From an uncultured Gammaproteobacteria bacterium (GTDB lineage Bacteria > Patescibacteriota > Microgenomatia > UBA8517): DNA of 64,000 nucleotides. The position numbers and the translations under genes were made by a program. The stretch spans positions 943-64,942 of the forward strand of contig CAYNFU010000001.1 in assembly GCA_964396785.1 (NCBI GenBank), read 5' to 3'. Positions 8,804 through 18,267 of this stretch are shown here, piece by piece; within the stretch, counting starts at the first letter, position 1; each line of letters opens with the position of its first letter. The notes beneath the pieces are model-generated. The model searched no databases. It had not been told where the DNA came from and worked only from the letters and a program-made list of their open reading frames with translations.

Positions 8804-9888
8804 TTTAATTTGCTCCCTGCCCTTTGGTAAACTTTAATAGTACTTTCGGAAACCCGCGTCCAAGAAAATTCTTTAACTTTCTCTTTCCCTTTTTTTACGA
8901 GATCTTCCCTATCCTTTATGGCACTTTTCACGCCCTCCGAGATAGAATCAACATCCTCCGGGTCAACCAAAACCGCTGCACCATGACCCAACTCCTGCAT
9001 TGTTCCTACTTTTGAAGTGACAACTGGAGTTTCACAAGCAAAAGCCTCGAGGATTGGAAATCCGAAGCCTTCATATAGTGACGGATACAAAAGTGCTTTA
9101 GATCCTGAATACAAGGCAGGAAGGTCGGAAGAGGCAACATGTCCTAGAATTTTCACACCGCGCGTAGGCTCAATTTTCATGAATGGATGGCCCACAATAA
9201 TAAGCTTCATGTCCATTCCCGGCCTTACTTTTTCGAATGCTCTTACTATCCTTTGGGTATTCTTTCTGGGATTGACCCCGATTGACAAAAGATATGAGCC
9301 GCTTATTTGATACTTTCTTTTTACCTTTTCAATTTCGACTTGTGTGGTACGTTTAAAGGCCTGATCCGGAGCTTCTGGGATAACCACTATTCTATCCGTC
9401 TCTACATTAAGCCTCATAATATCATTTTTTGTAGTTTCTGAAGGAACTATAATCACATCTACTTCATTAATAACCCATTTGAGGCGAGCTAGATGTGTTT
9501 TAACTATCTTTGGGTGTGTAAGCTTGGGAAAAAGTAAAGGAAACAAATCGTGTACCGTGGTTACTTTGAAGGCCTTGGAGGGTGGCTGGGTCCAATCGGA
9601 AGAATGAAAAACATCGACCTCCCCGACCAATCTTTCGACCGGCAGGATATGGAGCCTGTTCCAGACAATTGCGGCAAGAGTGGGTGGAAATGGAAAGACC
9701 TTGTCTGTAAAATTACCTTTTAGTGAATTAAAGAAAGCCTTCAGCGTCCCCATTTGCCTAAGGGATCCACCAAATAAGATATAGTCATTTTTGTCGTCAA
9801 ACCGTAATAAGTTCTCACAAAGAAGCTTCGTATAAACAGATACACCGGTGCCGTAGACAACTTGGGAAACGTCAATTGCAATCTTCAT
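8800..9888 (-). CDS. Glycosyltransferase, GT4 / group 1 family
   Basis: 362 aa. C-terminal YPSLYEGFGFPILEAFACETPVVTS is an EX7E motif. There are 4-bp overlaps on both sides. Confidence 0.8.
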   Translation of the reverse strand: MKIAIDVSQVVYGTGVSVYTKLLCENLLRFDDKNDYILFGGSLRQMGTLKAFFNSLKGNFTDKVFPFPPTLAAIVWNRLHILPVERLVGEVDVFHSSDWTQPPSKAFKVTTVHDLFPLLFPKLTHPKIVKTHLARLKWVINEVDVIIVPSETTKNDIMRLNVETDRIVVIPEAPDQAFKRTTQVEIEKVKRKYQISGSYLLSIGVNPRKNTQRIVRAFEKVRPGMDMKLIIVGHPFMKIEPTRGVKILGHVASSDLPALYSGSKALLYPSLYEGFGFPILEAFACETPVVTSKVGTMQELGHGAAVLVDPEDVDSISEGVKSAIKDREDLVKKGKEKVKEFSWTRVSESTIKVYQRAGSKLK

Positions 9889-11294
9889 GGCCGTTTCAGG
9901 TATCTTATAATGCCAACTCCGGGAAAATCAAAGGAAGAAGCTTCAATAAAGCCTTCCTCACCTAAACTTGTCGCTACAATCCGCCCAGGGTCGTGGAGCT
10001 CCCACAAATACTCAAAATAATAAACCCCTTTTGAGTTTAGAGTTTTATCGGTAACTTTTTTCCTTGTGGGAATGGGATTTGCGGCTATTGAATCTGTTAA
10101 GCCTTCGGCATTCATGCTTTGGTTACTATACCATTGGTAGGGTGCAAATGGCTCTGTAAAATTAAAAACAACCATCTCATCACTTGCTACCCTTGATTCT
10201 ACGAAGTGAACTGCCTCTCTCCACTGCTCTCTTTTCTGATAAGGGTCGGTTATATAAATGAGCCAGGAGAAAATATTTCCAAGAATAATTATTCCCAAAA
10301 GAAGTAATTTATTCTTACCTTTATGTTTTTCAATCCCCCAAGCGGCTAAAAGAAAAAAGGCTGGCAAAACATACAAAAATCGGAAATAAATAAATGCCGG
10401 AAAAAATAAAGAGGTGAAAAAACCAAGAAAAATCGGGACAATAAGGTAAAGCCGTACGGGAATGACTTCCCTTCTTTTCCGCCATGCCGCAATAAAAGCG
10501 AGAGCGTAGGGGATAGAGAAAATACCGATAAGAGAATAATACAAAGTCTTATCGGTGATTGATATCCTGCCAAAGACAAACTTTGCCCAAACTAACCCCA
10601 GCTGTTTGGGGGTCGCCCCACCCGCCACTTTTGCCCATGCCGGAAGAGTCTCTAAAAGCCATCTTCCACCTTGGGACTGGATTAAAAAGGTTGGAATCCA
10701 CAAAATTCCTAAAATCAGAAGGGGTAGGAAAGATATAGCCATCTTTTTCCACCAAATTTTTCCTTTCTTTGAAATAAATCCTATTAGCCAAAAAACTGGG
10801 AGAAGAAATACGGGCATATAATCGGTAAATACCAAAGCAACTATTGTTAGGGAAAAGGCCTTCCAGTTCTCTTTAAGGAAGAGGTAGAACGCAAGCGCGG
10901 CTAAAAAGGCCGCCATAGAATACATTCTGGCTTCTTGAGAGTAATAAATATGAAACGGAGATGTGGCTATAAGAATTGCCGCAAGAGCCCCCAAGCGCTT
11001 GCTAAATATGTTTCCTATCTTATATACCATGTAGATGGTTCCAATACCAAAAATGACTGACAAGCTCCTAAGGGCAGCTTCCGAATATCCAAATAGACCA
11101 CTCCAGAGCTTAAGGGTTAAGTAATATAAAGGGGGGTGATTATCGTGCGTAGGAAACTCTGACAAAATCTGCCAAAATGTCTGATTTTTTACTACAAGTG
11201 CCCCTATGCTCTCGTCCAGCCAAAGAGACTGGTTAATTACAACTAGCCTTAAGGCTAGTCCCACAATAAGTATCAAAAGAATGTACTTTTTCAT
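9885..11294 (-). CDS. GT-C-fold membrane glycosyltransferase, GT39 (PMT/ArnT)-like
   Basis: 469 aa with about 11 TM segments. The first loop has WLDESIGA (DE motif) followed by HPPLYY, as in PMT_2 family proteins. The C-terminal soluble domain (EQWREAVHFVESRV...) is homologous to the C-termini of the tandem paralogs at 46.5-64 kb. Confidence 0.7.
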   Translation of the reverse strand: MKKYILLILIVGLALRLVVINQSLWLDESIGALVVKNQTFWQILSEFPTHDNHPPLYYLTLKLWSGLFGYSEAALRSLSVIFGIGTIYMVYKIGNIFSKRLGALAAILIATSPFHIYYSQEARMYSMAAFLAALAFYLFLKENWKAFSLTIVALVFTDYMPVFLLPVFWLIGFISKKGKIWWKKMAISFLPLLILGILWIPTFLIQSQGGRWLLETLPAWAKVAGGATPKQLGLVWAKFVFGRISITDKTLYYSLIGIFSIPYALAFIAAWRKRREVIPVRLYLIVPIFLGFFTSLFFPAFIYFRFLYVLPAFFLLAAWGIEKHKGKNKLLLLGIIILGNIFSWLIYITDPYQKREQWREAVHFVESRVASDEMVVFNFTEPFAPYQWYSNQSMNAEGLTDSIAANPIPTRKKVTDKTLNSKGVYYFEYLWELHDPGRIVATSLGEEGFIEASSFDFPGVGIIRYLKRP

Positions 11295-13120
11295 AGTGCG
11301 GGTACGGCAACCCTAGGATCATGGGTTAGCACCCAGCTTAAGTGTAAAACAAAAAGGAGAGCCAGGAAACTCAATATGGTCAATTTGGACTTTAAGGAAG
11401 ATTTTCTCACAAGCCTATAAATAATTAGCCCCAGGACAATGTGGAGAGCAGGATAGACAATAAAGGTTAAATAGGGGCTTCCCCATACCTTATCAAAATT
11501 AAATCTAAGAAGTGATGAGGCTACATCATTTGGGAAATCCTGGTTAACAAACCTTACTTTGAAAGGTTCTTGGAATTTTAATCCAACGAGCCTTAGAGCA
11601 TCCCAAGCAAAACCAAGATACCTACTTCCGGAAATCTCGGTGTATCTAAGACGGACAACGAGTGCATCGAGCCCAAATGTCAAAGGAAGAATCAGGGACA
11701 TAAGACCTGGTCTTAAAAAATAGAATCCGGCAAAAACTCCAAAAACCAAAAGTGACTGAACTATCTCAAGATTTTGAAATACTGGTCCAAAGTAGACTAT
11801 CCACCCGAATTGCTCGGTCGACCTTAACAAAAGGCCAAAGCCGGCTATTAAAAAAAGTGTTGCTAAAATAGAGTTTAATACTTTCTTTTTAAGGATAAAT
11901 AAAACCGACAACGCCCCCCAGACCAACAGGTAATAGGGGAAATATCTGCCACCCGAGCTAGGCGGGTTCGTTCCAAGTCTTCTATCCAAAAAGTTAGAGG
12001 TATCGGCGACAAAATAATCGGAAAAGGCGTCCTGGGAGTTATAGAAAATTTCATCTCCTAATTTTTGATTCATCCTTTTTTGAGGAGTTAAAATCCACTC
12101 AAAATCTCCACCCTTGAGCCTAACAACATCTGGATTTTGAGAATAATAAGCCATATAACTTTGGGCAAAATCGCTCATCGTTACAAACATCAGGCCCTGA
12201 ATCTTACTAAGGGTAAGAAGTTGGTTCCCATATTCCTCAATAAATGTAGCCCCCTCAATTCCGGTCTCAAGGCCGACTGTGGCCTGTCCTATCTCATTTC
12301 GACAGTCAAGATAATTCCTTACAAGTGTGTCAAAATAATCGGTATTTTTTCCTAAACTCGTGTAATCATTTGCTTGCATTGAATAATTGGAATATGCCGG
12401 CCCTTCCCCATAGGCCAAAGTTAAGTCTCTCTGTGCCCACTGAATAACAACTAAATCCATTTGACTCTCTTTAGAACCCGCCGGAGTTAAAACATTAGCC
12501 TTGCTCGGATAATAGGGAATCCCCCACCACTGACCCCAAACTCCATAGTTGTCGGTAGTTTTTTGGTCGGAAACTATCATGGCGGATACTACTCCATACT
12601 TTTTACTCAAATAGTTCAGGGAGTAGGAATCAATCCACCAGGCTCCCACGGACTTTGGATAATAGCCGAAAGTGTCTTTAAACCGTCTAAAGGTAGTATC
12701 AAGAAGCTTTCTTCGCTCGCTTTCTTGATATCCGGACAAAAACACTGCCCTGGGACTCGCCCAGGGGGTAAATGCAGGATAAATAACCCTCGAATCCCTC
12801 GCAAGATCCGTACTTACCTCAAGAAGTAGCCCAAATTCTTGGTTTGGGCTAAATCCGCGGACCTCAGAAATAACTTCGGAGTCAATGAGCGCGTCGTACT
12901 GCAAAAGCCATGTGGCGGGATACGAATACTTACTTGACAGACTATATTGGTTGAGAAGCGGGTTCACAGACTTGTCGCTCCAAAGCTCCCTTCCGCGTAC
13001 GGGATTTACCAAAGTCAGGTAGCGTCTTTGACAAGAAATATTTTGCTCCTGAGCAAATAAATTTCCGGGAAATACCAGAAAAAGTAAGGCAGTCAAAAGA
13101 AGCGTCCAAAAAAACCTCAT
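11291..13120 (-). CDS. Hypothetical secreted, membrane-anchored protein. It has an N-terminal signal peptide, an approx. 380 aa Trp/Tyr-rich extracytoplasmic domain and a C-terminal multi-TM anchor.
   Basis: 609 aa. MRFFWTLLLTALLFLVFPGNLFAQ is signal-peptide-like. The middle domain contains WWIDSYSLNYL...YGVWGQWWGIPYYPSKANV and many aromatic residues; it is possibly carbohydrate-binding or carbohydrate-modifying. About 5 TM helices lie in the last approx. 200 aa. No family was assigned from memory. Confidence 0.55.
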   Translation of the reverse strand: MRFFWTLLLTALLFLVFPGNLFAQEQNISCQRRYLTLVNPVRGRELWSDKSVNPLLNQYSLSSKYSYPATWLLQYDALIDSEVISEVRGFSPNQEFGLLLEVSTDLARDSRVIYPAFTPWASPRAVFLSGYQESERRKLLDTTFRRFKDTFGYYPKSVGAWWIDSYSLNYLSKKYGVVSAMIVSDQKTTDNYGVWGQWWGIPYYPSKANVLTPAGSKESQMDLVVIQWAQRDLTLAYGEGPAYSNYSMQANDYTSLGKNTDYFDTLVRNYLDCRNEIGQATVGLETGIEGATFIEEYGNQLLTLSKIQGLMFVTMSDFAQSYMAYYSQNPDVVRLKGGDFEWILTPQKRMNQKLGDEIFYNSQDAFSDYFVADTSNFLDRRLGTNPPSSGGRYFPYYLLVWGALSVLFILKKKVLNSILATLFLIAGFGLLLRSTEQFGWIVYFGPVFQNLEIVQSLLVFGVFAGFYFLRPGLMSLILPLTFGLDALVVRLRYTEISGSRYLGFAWDALRLVGLKFQEPFKVRFVNQDFPNDVASSLLRFNFDKVWGSPYLTFIVYPALHIVLGLIIYRLVRKSSLKSKLTILSFLALLFVLHLSWVLTHDPRVAVPAL

Positions 13121-13938
13121 TTTGTCCTCTTGCCCGTAAGAATCATCTCTAGTATCCCAATCAAAATACCAAAGTCATATACCAGCTTGAATACCAAAAA
13201 TTGAGGTAACATGTTTATAAATGCCTTAAATGTGCCGACCATGAAAGATACTGCTAAAGACGCACGGACTATGCCAATCGTCTGTCCAAAGGCCCCAAGC
13301 TTATATCCTCTTTTGCCCACCCACCTGGCGTGATTAAATACTTCTTTTAAGGAAGAAGGATTTTTGTGATAAAAGATGACTCCTGGGGTTGAGACGGCCA
13401 TGTATCCTAATTTGTCATAGAGGCTGTAGTCGTCGGTGTAGCCACCGGGGGTAAAACCCTCAACCTTATCAAATTCTTTTTTTAGAATTGCCCTAAATAC
13501 TTTTTGTTTATCGGGGTAATTTCTGGGATGGCGTTTCCTTTCTTCCCAATTTTGATTAATATTCCAGCACCTTGCCCAAACATTCTCCCAGTTACTTACG
13601 TATTCGTATTTTGAAAAAGTTCCCTTTGCGGATCCCGAAAGAATTGGTTTAACTAGGTTTTTTAGAAAGTTTTTGTCAAAAGTCATGTCAGCGTCGACAA
13701 AAACCAAAATTTCGCCGCTTGCACGCTTTACCCCCAAATTCCTCGCCGCTCCAGCCCCAAGGTGGTTCTGGTGAAGCGTAGTAACTCGTGAGCTTATCTT
13801 TTCAGGGGTTTCGTCGGTAGAGCCGTCATCGACAACAATAATCTCGAAATCGTGATAAGTTTGTTTAGCGAGAGACGCTATACATTCTCCAATTGCGTTA
13901 GACTCATTGTAAGTCGGAATAATAACCGAGATTTTCAT
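13117..13938 (-). CDS. Glycosyltransferase family 2 (GT-A fold)
   Basis: 273 aa. MKISVIIPTYNESNAIGECIASLAKQTY...EIIVVDDGSTDET...GAGAARNLGVKRASGEILVFVDADM is a canonical GT2 N-domain with a DxD motif. Confidence 0.8.
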   Translation of the reverse strand: MKISVIIPTYNESNAIGECIASLAKQTYHDFEIIVVDDGSTDETPEKISSRVTTLHQNHLGAGAARNLGVKRASGEILVFVDADMTFDKNFLKNLVKPILSGSAKGTFSKYEYVSNWENVWARCWNINQNWEERKRHPRNYPDKQKVFRAILKKEFDKVEGFTPGGYTDDYSLYDKLGYMAVSTPGVIFYHKNPSSLKEVFNHARWVGKRGYKLGAFGQTIGIVRASLAVSFMVGTFKAFINMLPQFLVFKLVYDFGILIGILEMILTGKRTK

Positions 13939-14957
13939 TTGATTAGACTTTTGAATAAATCTTCATATTGTTTTGCGATTTTATCCCAATTAAACTTCTC
14001 GGCCTGCTTCCTTGGTTTATCTCCCCAATCCTTGTCTAAAGCTATCTTCAAGGCTGAAGCGTACTCTTTTGAATCTGTCGGGTCAACAAAGCTACCTGCA
14101 TCTCCTACTATTTCTTTCCTTATGTCGTCGTCGTTAACTACCACCGGCAAATTTGTTGCCATGGCCTCAACTATTACCATTTCGAAGGATCTGTACCAAG
14201 GAGAGGCTAGCGTAAGGACGTCCGCTCCCCGATAAACCTGGGGCATCTTATTAAAGTCAAAAGAAGTAATTAGAAACCTCCCTTTAAGAATGCTTTTTGC
14301 CAATCTCTCAAGCTCCAACCTAAGTGGTCCCTTGCCTACAATCACTAAACTTCCTTTTGGCACCTGTGACATTGCCCTTATGACAAGATCCATCCTTTTA
14401 TCTCTATCCAAAGCTCCCACCGCTATAACTACCGGTCTTTCTAATTTGAAATCCATTTTTCCCCCATCGGGCCTAAATACATTGGTATCTACCCCGTTTG
14501 GTATATATTCGATTCGCTTCAAGAGCGGGTTTACTCCCTTTGCCCAATTCATGAGTTTTGTGGAAAGAGCTACAAAGGTATTTGGAAAGCACCAAAGATT
14601 ATTCCTATCGTCCCACCCCTTCCCTGACTGGCCGGAAATAACTATCTTTCCTCCATAAAGCCAGGTAATAATTCTTACGAATGCCGGTTGCCACCCTCCG
14701 TCAATTGGAATAACAACATCATATTTCTCCCTCCACAGCCTACCCAGATTCTTTAGAGTGAATATTGTTACCTGAATTCCAAATGGATCAAGATAAGTAC
14801 GCCAGACAATTGGCCAGCGTACTTTGTATGGCTTATTCGCCGAAATTATATCTACACCAATCCCCTTTTCTTTAAGTCTTTTTGAGAGTTCGTCTACAAA
14901 TCTCTCAGCCCCTCTTTCAACGACCCCGTAGGAAACATTTAGAAAAGCTATTTTCAT
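13935..14957 (-). CDS. Glycosyltransferase, GT4 / group 1 family
   Basis: 340 aa. N-terminal MKIAFLNVSYGVVERGAERFV. C-terminal LTLASPWYRSFEMVIVEAMATNLPVVVND carries the EX7E motif. Confidence 0.75.
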   Translation of the reverse strand: MKIAFLNVSYGVVERGAERFVDELSKRLKEKGIGVDIISANKPYKVRWPIVWRTYLDPFGIQVTIFTLKNLGRLWREKYDVVIPIDGGWQPAFVRIITWLYGGKIVISGQSGKGWDDRNNLWCFPNTFVALSTKLMNWAKGVNPLLKRIEYIPNGVDTNVFRPDGGKMDFKLERPVVIAVGALDRDKRMDLVIRAMSQVPKGSLVIVGKGPLRLELERLAKSILKGRFLITSFDFNKMPQVYRGADVLTLASPWYRSFEMVIVEAMATNLPVVVNDDDIRKEIVGDAGSFVDPTDSKEYASALKIALDKDWGDKPRKQAEKFNWDKIAKQYEDLFKSLIK

Positions 14958-16312
14958 TTCAGCATCCAGATTTCATAACCATCGATTTTATCGGTTAGTT
15001 CATAATTTTCCGAGATAAATTTATTCAGATGAGGAGGCTTATAGGACCCTAGCCCAGACTCTTGATACTCTCCTTGGACTATTAGTTTGGGTTGCGAGAT
15101 CTCCAAGCTCACCGCCATCGCATCCTGAATGAACGGAATTTCCAAATACCAAGGAAGATAGGGCACGTGTGGCCTCGTTCCCGGAATTGTATCGGTTAGT
15201 ACATAAAGACTATCCCAAGCATTAGCCACATAAATTTCATCGTCGCTTTCTGAATTCTCTCGTATGTAGGCTGCTACTTTGAGAACCTCCGCCTCATAAA
15301 AACGAGTTCCTCCACGAAAATCTCTCACAAACTGTCGCGAAATAAAAACTAAGATTAGCGCAAGTCCTATGTAAAATATTGTCCGTTCGATAAACTTCAG
15401 TTTCGACAGATGGAAGAAGGTGATTGCTAAGCCAAGAGCTAAGAAGGGTAAAGCAGGTTGGAAATGAAACAGTCCCCAGCGGGGAAATACGCCTAGCCCA
15501 GCAAATAATACCCAGACTAGAATTAGCCTCGTTTGTTTCAACCTCAAACTGGTTAAAACGATGAGAAGAACGGGCATGATTGCAAGAACAAACTGTCTCG
15601 CTGTCGGAAAACTTATTTGACCGGAAGACGCCGGTAGTCGGGTAATCCCAAATTTAATAGCCCACAACCAAAAATCCCCCCAAATGCCAAGAAGTAATAA
15701 TGAAATAAAGGAGATAATTCCAATTAATCCCGCCCCAATGATAAATTTTTTAACCACCTTTAAGGGCTGCACCTTTAAAGGTGCTCGCAATACTGTAAAG
15801 GCAATTGGAATCAGAAACCAAAATGCGGTTTGTTTTGTAAAAAAAGAAATTCCCCACCAAATTCCAGTCCACAAATAATTTTTTCTTTCTAGGTTGTAAT
15901 AAATTAAAAGTGCTAATGGGGCTAAGGCCAAATCAAACCATAAACCATTTCCTTCATAAAAAATCTGCAAGGGTACATAGAAAAGTACAGCAAGAATTGC
16001 GATTTTTTTATCCCAAACTATCTTTGCCACCCAAAAAAGCAAGAAATCCGTGGCTAGAATTAGTAACCAGGTGTAGACTTTGAGCTGAACTAACCCCAAA
16101 CCGAATATCTTAAAAAAAATTGTTAAATCCGCTAAAAGAAGTGGGGTATGAGCAATTGCAATATCCCGATAAGGGAACCAACCTTTAAGCATCAAATAAG
16201 GCCAAAATGTCATCTCGGGCCAAGCAGTAAATTTGAGAGTTAGAAGTAAAATTAAATGAAATAGTAGGACAAAAAAAATAAGCCATTTAGCACTTAATAG
16301 GGCTTTCAGCAT
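14954..16312 (-). CDS. Polytopic membrane protein of unknown family with a C-terminal soluble domain (possible GT-C-like enzyme)
   Basis: 452 aa with about 11 hydrophobic helices in the first 320 aa. The C-terminal approx. 130 aa are hydrophilic (RFYEAEVLKVAAYIRENSESDDEIYVANAWDSLYVL...). This is the first gene of the minus-strand block downstream of the divergent intergenic region 16313..16380. Confidence 0.55.
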   Translation of the reverse strand: MLKALLSAKWLIFFVLLFHLILLLTLKFTAWPEMTFWPYLMLKGWFPYRDIAIAHTPLLLADLTIFFKIFGLGLVQLKVYTWLLILATDFLLFWVAKIVWDKKIAILAVLFYVPLQIFYEGNGLWFDLALAPLALLIYYNLERKNYLWTGIWWGISFFTKQTAFWFLIPIAFTVLRAPLKVQPLKVVKKFIIGAGLIGIISFISLLLLGIWGDFWLWAIKFGITRLPASSGQISFPTARQFVLAIMPVLLIVLTSLRLKQTRLILVWVLFAGLGVFPRWGLFHFQPALPFLALGLAITFFHLSKLKFIERTIFYIGLALILVFISRQFVRDFRGGTRFYEAEVLKVAAYIRENSESDDEIYVANAWDSLYVLTDTIPGTRPHVPYLPWYLEIPFIQDAMAVSLEISQPKLIVQGEYQESGLGSYKPPHLNKFISENYELTDKIDGYEIWMLK

Positions 16313-16380
16313 TACTCTATTTTAACCCTTTTAGCTTAATTTGACTAAGTAATAGCCAAGGGGCATTATTAGCTTAATTT
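16313..16380. promoter_or_regulatory. Divergent intergenic region between a minus-strand membrane-protein gene and plus-strand asnB. It contains a 12-bp direct repeat TTAGCTTAATTT (16331..16342 and 16369..16380) and a TAAAAT hexamer (minus strand, 16319..16324) 6 nt upstream of the minus-strand ATG.
   Basis: Read directly from the sequence. The second repeat copy abuts the asnB ATG. There is no Shine-Dalgarno sequence on either side. Confidence 0.4.
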
Positions 16381-18267
16381 ATGTGTGGAATAGCCGGAAA
16401 AATATATTTGGACTCAAGATCCGTTAGCCACGAGCATCTTAGGAAAATGTCCGAAAAAATCGTACATCGTGGACCGGACGACGATGGTGTATATATAAGC
16501 CGCGACAAAAAGGTAGGGTTAATTAACCGTCGTCTTGCAATCATTGACTTATCAAAAGCCGGACATCAGCCGATGCTATACAAGGGACGCTACGCAATTA
16601 CCTTTAACGGAGAGGTCTATAATTTCCAGGAAGAAAGACGCAAGTTAGAAAAAGAAGGATACCAATTTAAATCAAACACCGACACTGAAGTGATTTTAGC
16701 CCTCTATGACAAATACGGAGTGTCCTTTTTAAAAAGACTTAGGGGGATGTTTGCTTTTGCAATCTATGATGACAGGGAAAAAACAATTTTTCTTGCCAGA
16801 GATAGAATCGGCAAAAAACCTCTTAAGTATTTCATTAACGGAGGCACTTTTATTTTCGCCTCAGAGCTAAAAGCAATTCTTACCCAATCCGAAGTCAAAA
16901 GGACGATTGACTACAATGCAATTCAGTCTTACTTAGTCTACGGCTATACCCCTTCACCCCTTACTGGTTTTGAAGGTATAAAGAAGCTTCAACCCGGCCA
17001 CTACATAATAATGAACCTGAGGCGAAAAACATTTGAAATCAAAAGATACTGGGAACCGGTTTTCAGAAATAAGCTTCATTTAACCGAGAATGAATGGTGC
17101 GACAGAATTCTTAATACTTTAGAGCAGTCCACCCGACTCCGGATGATCTCGGATGTACCAATTGGGGCTTTTGTGTCGGGTGGGGTTGATTCAAGTGGCG
17201 TCATTTATGCAATGAGTAAATTCTCGGATAAACCCATAAATACTTTCACAATTACCTTTGACGATAAAAAGTGGAGTGAAGCCAAATATGCTCAAAATCT
17301 AGTCAAAAAATTCGGGACGAATCACCACGAGCTTCTGGCTAAACCCGAGAATGTCGAAATCCTTCCTGAACTCGCATACCAATATGAGGAGCCATTTGCG
17401 GATGCAAGCAATGTTGTAACTTATATGGTGAGTCGTCTTGCAAGAAAGTATGTCACTGTCATATTAAACGGAGACGGAGGAGATGAGAATTTTGCGGGTT
17501 ACCCAAACAGATACTTTAGACTTGGCCGTGACGTGAACTTTTACAATTGGATAAACACAATAAGGCCCTTGGCAGTTGCCGGGTTAAAGGCATTAGCTAG
17601 AGTTTCAAAAAGTACTCTTGTTACCAGGCCAACCAATTTTTTTGAAAAATCAAAGCTTCCTCTATATCAGCGCTTCGCCTCCTACAACCAAATATTTTCT
17701 TTTGACGAAATCGTAAGTATGTCAACGGGTGCCTTGGTCGATGTAAACAACACACAAAATCCATACACAATTGTAGAAAACTGTTTCAAAATGTTTAAAG
17801 GCAAAGATCTAAAGGACGCGGGGCTCAAATTTGACCTTTTATACTGGCTACCGGATGACCTTTTGGCCAAAGTTGACATCGCTTCCATGGCCAGCTCACT
17901 TGAAGCCCGCTCTCCTCTACTGGACCATCATATGATAGAGCTTGCAGGTAAAATTCCATTTAGATTAAAGGTAAAAAATGGAGAGAGTAAATATATCCTC
18001 AAAAAGGCTCTTGAGACAGTCATCCCTAGAGAAAATTTATACAGGCCCAAGATGGGCTTCGGAGTTCCCCTCCATCTTTGGTTCTCTGGAAAATTAAATA
18101 GCTATACTAAAGGAGTTCTACTTTCCAAAAAGGCAAAGGTTAAAGGGTTAATTAGACAAGATGCAATCAAAAATATGCTTGAAGGTCATTCGGAAACCAA
18201 CGATTTCGGCCCACGCCTCTGGGCACTACTTTCACTGGAGCTCTGGTTAAAGAGCTTCTTCAACTAA
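16381..18267 (+). CDS. asnB: Asparagine synthetase (glutamine-hydrolysing) family amidotransferase, AsnB-like
   Basis: 628 aa. It starts MCGIAG (Cys2 is the class-II GATase nucleophile). The central VSGGVDSS is the PP-loop ATP pyrophosphatase motif. It is one of only two plus-strand genes in the window. Confidence 0.9.
   Translation: MCGIAGKIYLDSRSVSHEHLRKMSEKIVHRGPDDDGVYISRDKKVGLINRRLAIIDLSKAGHQPMLYKGRYAITFNGEVYNFQEERRKLEKEGYQFKSNTDTEVILALYDKYGVSFLKRLRGMFAFAIYDDREKTIFLARDRIGKKPLKYFINGGTFIFASELKAILTQSEVKRTIDYNAIQSYLVYGYTPSPLTGFEGIKKLQPGHYIIMNLRRKTFEIKRYWEPVFRNKLHLTENEWCDRILNTLEQSTRLRMISDVPIGAFVSGGVDSSGVIYAMSKFSDKPINTFTITFDDKKWSEAKYAQNLVKKFGTNHHELLAKPENVEILPELAYQYEEPFADASNVVTYMVSRLARKYVTVILNGDGGDENFAGYPNRYFRLGRDVNFYNWINTIRPLAVAGLKALARVSKSTLVTRPTNFFEKSKLPLYQRFASYNQIFSFDEIVSMSTGALVDVNNTQNPYTIVENCFKMFKGKDLKDAGLKFDLLYWLPDDLLAKVDIASMASSLEARSPLLDHHMIELAGKIPFRLKVKNGESKYILKKALETVIPRENLYRPKMGFGVPLHLWFSGKLNSYTKGVLLSKKAKVKGLIRQDAIKNMLEGHSETNDFGPRLWALLSLELWLKSFFN

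Noticed and set aside
10346-10791. Minus-strand small ORFs 10346..10579 and 10549..10791 nested in the GT39-like gene 9885..11294 (and similar nested minus ORFs at 12616..12804, 26519..26731, 27289..27513, 46248..46445, 53018..53212, 53516..53854, 57309..57527, 58844..59038, 61903..62124 and 62851..63036).
   Set aside because: They are alternative-frame ORFs inside larger, motif-supported CDSs on the same strand. Most are Cys/Phe-rich and look like out-of-frame translation of AT-rich coding DNA.
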